The notes under the pieces were generated by a model. That model did no database searches. It had not been told where the DNA came from and was given only the letters and a program-made list of their open reading frames with translations. Source: Candidatus Tenderia sp. (GTDB taxonomy: Bacteria; Pseudomonadota; Gammaproteobacteria; Tenderiales; Tenderiaceae). Taken from it: 14,085 nucleotides of DNA. This document shows positions 5,269-13,500 of the stretch, in pieces (positions within the stretch are counted from its first letter, which is position 1; each line of letters opens with the position of its first letter). The stretch spans positions 1 to 14,085 of the forward strand of contig JANOSY010000077.1 in assembly GCA_031416075.1 (NCBI GenBank), read 5' to 3'. A program made the position numbers and the translations under genes.

Positions 5269-7722
5269 TTATTTGATACAGACAGTCCGTATTTGTGTCA
5301 GGTCGGTGTAGCCTTGCAGGATCTTTTCGATGCCATCCTGCTTCAGGGTACGCATGCCGTCATTGAGGGCCGCTTTCTGGATTTTGTAGGCAGGGGCGTG
5401 TTCGAGAATCATCTGTTTGATGTGTGGGGTGGCGATCAGGAGTTCGTGCAGGCCGATGCGGCCATGGTAACCGGTATCGTTACACTCTTTGCAGCCGGGT
5501 GCTTTATAGAGTGTGAGCTTGCCGTTTTTGCCAAACCGCCGTACCCACTGTTCTAGCTGTTGGTCGATAACGGCTTTTGTCTCTTCGGCAGTGGCGTTGT
5601 CGGGGATGAGTCCGGCGCAATACTCGTGGGCTAGCTGATGAATCTCACGGACGTTGGAGTGGTAGGGGCGCTTGCAGCTGGGGCAGAGTGTTTTGGCCAG
5701 CCGCTGGGCGAGTATGCCGACCAGGGCGTCGGCAAAATTAAACGGGTCCATGCCCATGTCGAGCAGTCGTGTGACACTTTCGGCGGCGCTGTTGGTATGC
5801 AGTGTTGAAAGTACCAAGTGGCCGGTGAGCGAGGCCTCAATGCCGACACCGGCGGTTTCGGCATCACGCATCTCACCGACCATGATGATATCGGGATCGG
5901 CGCGCAGAAAGGCCCGCATGGCGGTGGCAAAGTCGAGACCGATCTTGGGGTTGACCTGTACCTGACGCAGCCCGCTCTGGGTGATCTCGATGGGATCTTC
6001 TGCGGTCCAGATCTTGCGATCGGCATTATTCAAGTGGCCCAGTACGGAGTGCAAGGTGGTGGTTTTACCTGAGCCTGTGGGGCCACAGACGAGAAACAGG
6101 CCATAGGGCTGGGCGATGGCAGCGAGCAGTTTTTCAGCGTTGCTACTGCTCAGGCCGAGGGCGTTGATGGGGATGTTTTTACCGCTGCTGAGTATCCGCA
6201 TCACCACATCTTCCAGTCCGCCGGCGGTGGGCAGGATGGCAATGCGCAGCTCTATGTTGGCCGGGCCATACTGTTTGAAGTTGATTTTGCCATCCTGTGG
6301 TTTACGCCGCTCGGAGATGTCGAGCCGTGACATGACTTTGATACGTGAGATTAAGGCGTTGCGGTATTGGGGCGGGAACTGGTGGTAGACCGCCATGGTG
6401 CCATCTTTGCGAAAACGTACAACCACCTTTTTGTTGCCAGGGTTGGGTTCGATATGAATGTCGGAGACCCCTTGCTGGTAGGCGTCCATGATGATTTTGT
6501 TGATGATTTTAACAACGATATTGTCGGTGACTTCGCTCTCTTCGTGGCTGGTAAAACCATCACTCTCAAACTTGCCGCTGTTGAATGAGCTGTCATCCGG
6601 CTCATCCCCTTCTGGTTCGATGGCGTTCAGTATATCTTCTGATGAGTAGTAGAACTGTAACGCCCAGTTGATATCTTCGGTGATGCCGATGACAGGCTCT
6701 ATATATTTGTTGGTATGAAAACGCAGTGCATCCAAGGCCTCCCAATCCATTGGGTTTTCGATGGCCACCGCCAGCTTGCCCTCATATTGATAGAGCGGGA
6801 TCACCTTGTGTTTGAAGGCTAGGTTGGCCGGTATTTTGTGAATGATGTCCGGGCTGACTTTGAACTCCTGCAAATTAACAAAGGGGATGCCGAGTTTTTT
6901 GGCCAGCGCCTGCTGAATCTGTTCGCGGCTGACAATGCCGTTGTCGATCAGGATTTCGCCCAGCGGTTTGCGGCGCTCTTTTTTTTGCGTCATCAGGGCA
7001 TCTTCAAGCTGTAGCTCATCGATCAGATTTTCGCTGATCAAAATTTCGCCGAGTTTGAGGCTGGGCATCGCCTTCTGCTGTTTTAATGCCTTTTCCAGCT
7101 GGCTGGAGTCGACAATGGTGTGGCTGATCAGGTACTCCCCCAGGGGTTTGGTTCGGGCGCTGTGCTGGATCTCCAGTGCACTGGCAATCTCCTCACGAAC
7201 CACCCCTTGGTTCTTGATTAAAATCTCGCCAATGGGTTCGCCAATGATGTTGCTATGAATGGCGCTTTTGGGGATAAACAGATGTAGGTATTGGGGCAGG
7301 TACTGGTTGGTATTGTGCTGTTTAAACAGATGAATGCCCTGCTGATCGACCCGGCTGCCGTAGGTTTTACCACTAAACTTACTGTTGTCTTTGAAGGTGA
7401 TGGTGAACTCTTGTGGCTCGGTGGATGAGGTGATCGATTTTTTATTGCCCCAGCTGATGGCTGGGTCGGGCGTGAAGGGGATGGGTTGTGTGAGCTGCAT
7501 GGTTTTGATGTCGGCCATGTTCACCTCATGCAGTTCGCCACCCTCTTTATGGCTCAGGCCGATGATGGCGTTGCCAGTATCAAACCGGGTAAGTTTGCCC
7601 TCTATCTTTTTACCGCTCACTAAAAACAGAACAATGGCCGCATTATTAAAAGTGGCCACGTTTTCTGGATTTGAGAGTGGCGGGAGCGGCAGGATAATTT
7701 TATCATTCAGGTCCATCATCAT
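5269..7722 (-). CDS. GspE/PulE/PilB-family secretion or pilus ATPase with MshEN-like repeats and an N-terminal extension
   Basis: SDIHIEP, LDISERRKPQDG, Walker A GPTGSGKTT, TAEDPIE, Walker B IIMVGEMRD, His box GHLVLSTLHTNSA and CPSC..CKEC. AAGGA spacing favours the third ATG (7716) as start. Confidence 0.93.
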   Translation of the reverse strand: MMMDLNDKIILPLPPLSNPENVATFNNAAIVLFLVSGKKIEGKLTRFDTGNAIIGLSHKEGGELHEVNMADIKTMQLTQPIPFTPDPAISWGNKKSITSSTEPQEFTITFKDNSKFSGKTYGSRVDQQGIHLFKQHNTNQYLPQYLHLFIPKSAIHSNIIGEPIGEILIKNQGVVREEIASALEIQHSARTKPLGEYLISHTIVDSSQLEKALKQQKAMPSLKLGEILISENLIDELQLEDALMTQKKERRKPLGEILIDNGIVSREQIQQALAKKLGIPFVNLQEFKVSPDIIHKIPANLAFKHKVIPLYQYEGKLAVAIENPMDWEALDALRFHTNKYIEPVIGITEDINWALQFYYSSEDILNAIEPEGDEPDDSSFNSGKFESDGFTSHEESEVTDNIVVKIINKIIMDAYQQGVSDIHIEPNPGNKKVVVRFRKDGTMAVYHQFPPQYRNALISRIKVMSRLDISERRKPQDGKINFKQYGPANIELRIAILPTAGGLEDVVMRILSSGKNIPINALGLSSSNAEKLLAAIAQPYGLFLVCGPTGSGKTTTLHSVLGHLNNADRKIWTAEDPIEITQSGLRQVQVNPKIGLDFATAMRAFLRADPDIIMVGEMRDAETAGVGIEASLTGHLVLSTLHTNSAAESVTRLLDMGMDPFNFADALVGILAQRLAKTLCPSCKRPYHSNVREIHQLAHEYCAGLIPDNATAEETKAVIDQQLEQWVRRFGKNGKLTLYKAPGCKECNDTGYHGRIGLHELLIATPHIKQMILEHAPAYKIQKAALNDGMRTLKQDGIEKILQGYTDLTQIRTVCIK

Positions 7723-7892
7723 TCCTTGTCTATCATGGCATTGCAGATCACGGGGAATGGTGTGATGACGACTATTGAACTGTTGTCACTGTGTAAACGC
7801 ACCGGGTTATTTGATGCATGGATTCTCCCCTGTTGAGGTGAGTATCGGCCAAAGGAAAGGGGATGTTAGTAGGGGGGGTGCAGGGAGCGAAT

Positions 7893-8861
7893 CTACTGCC
7901 CGCTAATGGTAAACGGATCGGCGTAAATCTCCTGGAAACCGGCACCGGCAAGAAAGCAGTCCCGTTTAGTGTTGTTCACCATCTCCGGATGGCCGCAGAG
8001 GTAGACACTCCAGCCGTTCAGTTTGGGAAACTGCTTCAGGGCAATATCATTGGCGCGGCCTGCTGTGATTCCCTGGCTATTGTTGCCGGAGAGGCAGGGG
8101 GTGTAGTGAAAATTGCTGTGTTGTCTGGCCAGTGCATTGAGTTCATCCACCAGATAGAGCCGTTCTGCTGAGCGACTGCCGTGGAAAAGGTGGATCTCCC
8201 CTTGGTGGTGCTGTTCCAGCGCGGCACGGGCGATCCCCCAGAGTGGTGCCAGACCGGAGCCGGTACCTATCAGTAACATATTTTGTTGTGGCTTCTCGCC
8301 TAGATAAAAACAGTCACCATGGGCACCATCAATGTTGAATTGGTCGCCAGGATTGATCTGATCGTGGAGCCATTGGCTCATCTGGCCATTGGGGAGGAGC
8401 TCTACATGTAGCTCCACCACCCCTTCGCTGGGCAGACTGGCAATGGAGTAGCTGCGGATCAAACCGTCGGGACGGTGCAGGTTGATAAACTGGCCTGCTT
8501 GAAACTCAAAGGGCGACGCGGGTTGTAAACGCAGGCGCAGGGTTTGGGGATTTAATTGGGTTTTACTGATAACGGTGACCAAAACCTTAGGTAGGGCCTC
8601 ATTGCCCGCCAAGGCAACCTGCATATCGGTTGTTGTTCTGCAGATGCAGGGCAGGAAAAAACCGCGATGTTGCAGCGTGGATTTTAGCCCTTTTTGTGAA
8701 TCTGCTGGGGGAGTCCCCTCAACTGCACGCATCATACAGGTCTGGCAGCTACCGCTGCGGCAGGAGGAGGGTGGCTCCGCACCCTGGCGTATCAGCGCCT
8801 CTAAAACAGTTTCATCAGCATGACAACTGTATGTAGTTCCAGAGAAGGTGATTGTTGCCAT
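7893..8861 (-). CDS. 2Fe-2S ferredoxin / FAD-NAD(P)H oxidoreductase (FNR-like)
   Basis: CRSGSCQTC...LPC plant-type 2Fe-2S motif; RSYS and GQMS (FAD); GTGSGLAP and YLCGHPEM (NAD). Confidence 0.93.
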   Translation of the reverse strand: MATITFSGTTYSCHADETVLEALIRQGAEPPSSCRSGSCQTCMMRAVEGTPPADSQKGLKSTLQHRGFFLPCICRTTTDMQVALAGNEALPKVLVTVISKTQLNPQTLRLRLQPASPFEFQAGQFINLHRPDGLIRSYSIASLPSEGVVELHVELLPNGQMSQWLHDQINPGDQFNIDGAHGDCFYLGEKPQQNMLLIGTGSGLAPLWGIARAALEQHHQGEIHLFHGSRSAERLYLVDELNALARQHSNFHYTPCLSGNNSQGITAGRANDIALKQFPKLNGWSVYLCGHPEMVNNTKRDCFLAGAGFQEIYADPFTISGQ

Positions 8862-8879
8862 GGTGCGGGCCGCTCCTGT

Positions 8880-9248
8880 TTAGCGTCCGAGTACGTCTTT
8901 GCGGGTGCTTTCGGCAATAGCGGCAGCTTGCCCGATTAGTTCGGCAGGCACACCCAGCTCAGTCAAGGTGGCACCAAGGTGTTCCATAACGGCGTCGAAA
9001 TGGCTGTCATTTAAGCCGTTAACAACAAGATGTGCGTGGGCGGCACGCATATCTTTACCGGTGTAGCTGTGTGGGCCGCCCAAGGCCATGGTCAGAAATG
9101 CCTTCTGCTTGGTATGTTGGCGCGCCATGTCAGTGGTGGTGAAAAACTGGTTGATACGGGTATCAGCCAGAACTTTGCGGTAAAACAGGTCAACGGCGGC
9201 ATCAACAGCGGCTTCGCCACCAATTTTTTCATATAGACTTTGGGTCAT
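8880..9248 (-). CDS. glbN: Group I truncated hemoglobin (trHbN/GlbN-like)
   Basis: SLYEKIGG, FY (TyrB10), FF (CD1), LGGP..YTG, MRAAH (proximal HisF8), HFDAV..HL. RBS AGGAG upstream. Confidence 0.93.
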   Translation of the reverse strand: MTQSLYEKIGGEAAVDAAVDLFYRKVLADTRINQFFTTTDMARQHTKQKAFLTMALGGPHSYTGKDMRAAHAHLVVNGLNDSHFDAVMEHLGATLTELGVPAELIGQAAAIAESTRKDVLGR

Positions 9249-9323
9249 TTGTACTCTCCTGAAAAAGTGTTGTTATCTATCACGAGCCATTGGGGATTTG
9301 GTGTGGTCTGTGCTGCTTGATAA

Positions 9324-9346
9324 ATAATGTATTTAAAATACATCTT
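9324..9346. promoter_or_regulatory. NsrR-like binding site
   Basis: Minus strand AAGATGTATTT-T-AAATACATTAT fits the 11-1-11 NsrR consensus AAGATGYATTTnAAATRCATCTT, with a perfect 8-1-8 core at 9327-9343. It lies upstream of a globin gene. Confidence 0.8.
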
Positions 9347-9359
9347 ATATCGTGACTGC

Positions 9360-9388
9360 ATTATTCACGGCAATTTACTGGTTGTCAA
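9360..9388 (-). promoter_or_regulatory. sigma70 promoter for the globin-reductase operon
   Basis: Minus strand TTGACA (9388-9383)-17 bp-AATAAT (9365-9360). The NsrR-like box lies just downstream of the predicted transcription start. Confidence 0.65.
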
Positions 9389-9505
9389 TAGGGCTGTTGA
9401 TGAGGTGTTGCCTATTGATGGGTGATCACGGAGTCAGGCAAAAACTGCTGAAAAAGTATAAAATCGGCCCCACTTAAATTATTGTATCAAATCAAGTAGA
9501 TCACT

Positions 9506-11092
9506 ATGTTGACCATTATTGAACAACAGGCCAAACGACGCCGCACCTTTGCCATCATCTCCCACCCGGATGCCGGTAAAACCACATTGACTGAAAAGCT
9601 GTTGCTATTCGGGGGTGCGATCCAGATGGCCGGTACCGTCAAGGGGCGCAAGGCGGCACGTCACGCCACCTCCGACTGGATGGAGCTGGAGAAGCAGCGC
9701 GGCATCTCCATCACCACCTCGGTGATGCAGTTCCCCCATGGCGACAAGATCATCAACCTGCTCGATACCCCCGGCCACGAGGACTTTTCGGAAGATACCT
9801 ATCGCACCCTGACGGCGGTCGATTCGGCGCTGATGGTGATTGACAGCGCCAAGGGTGTTGAGGATCGCACCATCAAGCTGATGGAGGTGTGCCGTCTGCG
9901 CGATACACCGATCATCACCTTTATTAACAAGATGGACCGGGAAGGGCGTGAGCCGATCGATCTGCTCGATGAGGTGGAGGAGATCCTCAAGATCAAATGC
10001 GCCCCTATCACCTGGCCGATTGGCATGGGCAAAAACTTCAAGGGAGTGTTTCATCTCGCCGATGATCGCATCCATCTCTTCAGCTCCACCCATGGTGGCA
10101 AGATCATGGCGGGCGAGGAGATTAAAGGGTTGAACAATCCACGTCTTGATGAGTTGTGGGGTAGCCACATGGCGGCGCAGGTGCGTGAGGAGATCGAGCT
10201 GGTGCGTGGCGCCAGCCATGAGTTTGACCATGACGCCTATCTGCGGGGTGAGGTGACACCGGTCTTTTTTGGTTCCGCCATTAATAACTTTGGTATTAGG
10301 GAACTGCTCGACGCCTTTGCCGAGTGGGCACCAGAACCGCAGTCACGCGAAACCAAAACACGGGTGGTGGAGCCAAACGAAGAGAAGTTCACCGGTTTTG
10401 TCTTTAAGATTCAAGCTAACATGGACCCACAACATCGCGACCGTGTCGCCTTTCTGCGAGTCTGTTCCGGCAGTTACACCAAAGGCATGAAGGTGCGCCA
10501 TGTGCGCATCGCGCGTGACGTGCAGATCGCCAACGCCATCACCTTTATGGCCAGTGATCGTGAGAACATTGAAGAGGCGTTTCCTGGTGACATTATCGGC
10601 CTGCACAACCACGGCACCATCCAGATCGGCGATACCTTCAGCGTGGGTGAGGAGTTGAAATTTACCGGCATCCCCAACTTTGCCCCAGAGCTGTTCCGGC
10701 GCGCCCAGTTGAAAGACCCAATGAAGATGAAGGCGTTGCAAAAAGGGTTGCAGCAGTTGTGCGAAGAGGGGGCAACCCAGCTCTACAAACCGCTGATCAA
10801 CAATGAGCTGATCCTCGGTGCCGTCGGTGTATTGCAGTTCGAGGTGGTGGCTCATCGCCTGCAGGGTGAATACAAAGTTGAGTGTGTCTTTGAACCGGTG
10901 CAGGTCTCAACCGCGCGCTGGGTGATCTGCAAGGATGAGAAAAAACTCGCCGAGTTTAAACGCAAGGCCGAGGATAATCTTGCTATCGACGGTGCCGGAC
11001 AACTGGTCTACATCGCCCCGACACGGGTTAACTTGCAGCTGGCGATGGAGCGCTATCCGGATGTGGAGTTTGTGTCGACACGTGAGCACTAA
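9506..11092 (+). CDS. prfC: Peptide chain release factor 3
   Basis: [72 protein letters not shown] and C-terminal TREH; 528 aa. Confidence 0.99.
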   Translation: MLTIIEQQAKRRRTFAIISHPDAGKTTLTEKLLLFGGAIQMAGTVKGRKAARHATSDWMELEKQRGISITTSVMQFPHGDKIINLLDTPGHEDFSEDTYRTLTAVDSALMVIDSAKGVEDRTIKLMEVCRLRDTPIITFINKMDREGREPIDLLDEVEEILKIKCAPITWPIGMGKNFKGVFHLADDRIHLFSSTHGGKIMAGEEIKGLNNPRLDELWGSHMAAQVREEIELVRGASHEFDHDAYLRGEVTPVFFGSAINNFGIRELLDAFAEWAPEPQSRETKTRVVEPNEEKFTGFVFKIQANMDPQHRDRVAFLRVCSGSYTKGMKVRHVRIARDVQIANAITFMASDRENIEEAFPGDIIGLHNHGTIQIGDTFSVGEELKFTGIPNFAPELFRRAQLKDPMKMKALQKGLQQLCEEGATQLYKPLINNELILGAVGVLQFEVVAHRLQGEYKVECVFEPVQVSTARWVICKDEKKLAEFKRKAEDNLAIDGAGQLVYIAPTRVNLQLAMERYPDVEFVSTREH

Positions 11093-11129
11093 GAGTCTGT
11101 TCTAAGCAGCGGTTGGCTCGATCGGTTTG

Positions 11130-11165
11130 ACCACAAAGGCGCAGAGATGCGCCTTTGTGGTTTTT
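11130..11165 (+). terminator. Rho-independent terminator of prfC
   Basis: ACCACAAAGGCGCA-GAGA-TGCGCCTTTGTGGT: 14-bp stem with a GNRA loop, followed by a T-tract. Confidence 0.9.
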
Positions 11166-11401
11166 GGGTTAAGTAGAGTGTAGTGAGCTGCGAATAGAGT
11201 CGTTGTGTTGGATAAAAACCATACATGACGATGCCTGTTAGATAGTCATCCCAATAGATGTTGTTATTTTCCGTTCCATATTGAACTATAGCGTGTGATC
11301 CAGTAACCACCGTAGAGCGGAGGGGTCTTGGATTGTGCAGAACTGATGGGGCCGTGACCAGTAGGGTTGCGGATCAATGCAATCTTCGGGGACAACAATC
11401 T

Positions 11402-12382
11402 ATGAAAGCGATTATGTATGAACGATATGGGCCACCTGAGGTGCTCCAATTGCGGGAGATTGAAAAACCGTCCCCCAAGGATAATGAAGTTTTAATTAAA
11501 ATATGTGCAACGACAGTGACATCTGGCGACTGGCGGGTGCGAAGTCTCACCGTGCCCGTTGGCTTTAGGCTCATCATGCGTTTGGTGTTTGGTATATCAA
11601 AACCAAAACAACCGATACTCGGCACAGAGTTGGCTGGGGTGGTTGAAACGATTGGTAAAGAGGTGAAAAAATTTAAAGTAGGTGATCAGGTTTTTGCGTT
11701 CAATGATGCGGCAATGGGGTGTTATGCCGAGTATAAATGCATGGCAGAAGATGGTGCGATTGCATTAAAACCACCCAGCCTAACCTATGGTGAAGCCGCC
11801 GCGCTCTCTTTTGGCGGAACAACGGCGCTGGATTTTTTTAGAAGAGCAAAACTTCAGAGGGATGAAAGAGTCCTCGTTAATGGTGCTTCTGGCGGGGTAG
11901 GTACGGCTGCGGTGCAGCTTGCCAGACACTTCGGTGCAGAGGTGACCGGAGTGTGTAGTACTTCTAACGTGGAGTTGGTGAGAGCTTTGGGGGCCAGCCA
12001 TGTGATTGATTATACCCAGGCAGATTTCACACAGAATGGTGAGGCCTATGATCTTATTGTGGATACTGCTGGCTCGGCCCCGTTCTCTCGCTGCAATGGG
12101 TCGTTGAAGAGTGGAGGACGGCTGCTGATGGTGTTAGCTGGATTGCCAGAGATGCTTCGAGCGCCATGGGTGTCGATGACAAGCAGTAAAAAAATCATCG
12201 CCGGACCAGCATCCGCATGCGTAGACGATTTGCATTTTCTCGCGGGGCTGGCGGAGGCGGGGGAATTTAAACCGGTGGTTGATCGGTGTTATCCGTTTGA
12301 GCAGATTGTTGAGGCCCACCGTTACGTTGATGCTGGGCATAAGAGGGGCAATGTCATTATATCTCTTGAGAAGGGAGTCTGA
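11402..12382 (+). CDS. MDR-superfamily NAD(P)-dependent alcohol dehydrogenase / quinone oxidoreductase-like protein
   Basis: MKAIMYERYGPPEVL start, ILGTELAGVV, FKVGDQVF, NGASGGVGTAAVQLA and GHKRGNVII. The structural-Zn Cys cluster is absent. ATG 11402 is preferred over the ORF-track start at 11333. Confidence 0.92.
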   Translation: MKAIMYERYGPPEVLQLREIEKPSPKDNEVLIKICATTVTSGDWRVRSLTVPVGFRLIMRLVFGISKPKQPILGTELAGVVETIGKEVKKFKVGDQVFAFNDAAMGCYAEYKCMAEDGAIALKPPSLTYGEAAALSFGGTTALDFFRRAKLQRDERVLVNGASGGVGTAAVQLARHFGAEVTGVCSTSNVELVRALGASHVIDYTQADFTQNGEAYDLIVDTAGSAPFSRCNGSLKSGGRLLMVLAGLPEMLRAPWVSMTSSKKIIAGPASACVDDLHFLAGLAEAGEFKPVVDRCYPFEQIVEAHRYVDAGHKRGNVIISLEKGV

Positions 12383-12585
12383 AAAATCACTGCTGTCTGT
12401 AGACACACGGTAGTCGTCGGAACGTGTTAACACTATTGTTTGAATAGGCCTTGTTGGCATGTGTACACGATTCTCTATGGTATGAATTATTTGCCAGTGA
12501 TAATCGCAGAAACTATTGAATCCGCGTTGCTTGGTTAGATGTAGTTGGCCGGACGCTTACCAATGATTGCGGACATTCACGTTTT

Positions 12586-12604
12586 GATAATGAAGATGAT
12601 TATT
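12586..12604. promoter_or_regulatory. Fur-box-like site
   Basis: GATAATGAAGATGATTATT matches 15 of 19 positions of GATAATGATAATCATTATC, but it lies between two convergent 3' ends. Confidence 0.4.
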
Positions 12605-12613
12605 CAGAACAGT

Positions 12614-13309
12614 TCATCCAGCACTGGCCTCTTTCTTAGGCCTGCCCACCCCTTTCGATACCGAGCGGCGTTGGGCTAGACGCTCGATCTGTTCCTTGAA
12701 CCGTTCACTACCCAGCGCCCAGCCCTTGTGCGTGCACTCCCGAATTTCTTTCAACGCGTCGTTTGAAACAGCCGCCCTGAACAATTGCCGATAGGCGCTT
12801 TGTCGGTCCGTCGCGCTCCGGCCCAGGCGCTGATACTCCTTGTGGGGCGTCAACCAATCCGCGTTCGCACCGGTTTCGCCCTGCGCATTGAAGGCGTAAC
12901 TTGACCAGGAATAGTCCCTTGGGTGCGCCGCCATGTCAGCCCGCACGGGATTGAGTTCGATATAACGCATCAAGGTCAGCAGGTACTGCTCACTATCCAC
13001 CACCGTCGCGCGGTAGCGCCCTTCCCACAAGGTGCCGCTGCGCTTGTAGGTGTAGTTGAAGTACTGCACGTATTTTCTGCCAACAGACTGGAAGACCTTG
13101 CTAATGCTGTCGTCGTATTCAGGGGTGGCCAGCAGATGAATGTGGTTGGTCATCCAGACATAGGCGTGAATGGCCAGGCCTTGCTTAAGCGCGGCATCAA
13201 CCAGCGCATCACGGAAGAACTGATAATCCGCCTCGGCGGCAAAGATGGCCTGCCGGTTGTTGCCACGCTGGATGATGTGCTGCGGCTGGCCAGGGATAAC
13301 GGACCCCAT
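12614..13309 (-). CDS. REP-associated tyrosine transposase (RAYT; Y1 HUH), N-terminus apparently altered
   Basis: HIIQRGNNRQ, MTNHIHLL (HUH), LWEGRY, YIELNPVRA (catalytic Tyr), YSWSSY and C-terminal GRPKK. Confidence 0.9.
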   Translation of the reverse strand: MGSVIPGQPQHIIQRGNNRQAIFAAEADYQFFRDALVDAALKQGLAIHAYVWMTNHIHLLATPEYDDSISKVFQSVGRKYVQYFNYTYKRSGTLWEGRYRATVVDSEQYLLTLMRYIELNPVRADMAAHPRDYSWSSYAFNAQGETGANADWLTPHKEYQRLGRSATDRQSAYRQLFRAAVSNDALKEIRECTHKGWALGSERFKEQIERLAQRRSVSKGVGRPKKEASAG

Positions 13310-13350
13310 TTTTCACATTTTTCGCCATTTTTCTGTGACCCCATTTTTCA
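13302..13350. repeat. REP-like half sites with short tandem repeats at the RAYT 5' end
   Basis: GACCCCATTTTTCA direct repeat at 13302-13315 and 13337-13350. CATTTTTC occurs four times (13307, 13316, 13326, 13342). Confidence 0.7.
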
Positions 13351-13434
13351 TAGATGGTGTTGAGTTCCATCGGTTAGGGAAAGCCGTTCGCGAAGCGTTT
13401 TGGCTACGGAGGGCTTATTTAAAGATTCCTTAAT

Positions 13435-13485
13435 GGGTCCAAAAGCGCTATCGCACCCAAGTGCGATAAAGCGCTTAAAAGACCC
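13435..13485 (-). terminator. Long hairpin, probable terminator of the repeat-protein gene
   Basis: AAGCGCT-ATCGCAC-CCAA-GTGCGAT-AA-AGCGCTT (13443-13476), flanked by GGGTC/GACCC, just downstream of the stop at 13501. Confidence 0.55.
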
Positions 13486-13500
13486 CCTAACTTTCCCTGG

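Noticed and set aside
9553-9569. 5' region of prfC, the integration site of SXT/R391 ICEs
   Set aside because: prfC is intact, with no integrase, duplicated att sequence or ICE genes next to it. The ICE-like helicase is 6 kb away and not linked by att sites.
11294-11309. CRP-like site TGTGA-N6-AACCA
   Set aside because: The second half-site matches only 2 of 5 positions.
12534-12540. GTTAGAT after the MDR gene, suggesting a gene cassette
   Set aside because: No matching upstream RYYYAAC site or attC-like inverted repeat was found.
13302-13350. Mini CRISPR array
   Set aside because: Only two 14-bp copies with a low-complexity spacer and no cas genes; better explained as RAYT-associated repeats.
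13373-13491. GTTAGGG...CCCTAAC as an integron attC
   Set aside because: The core sites are in the wrong order (attC needs RYYYAAC...GTTRRRY) and no L boxes are evident.
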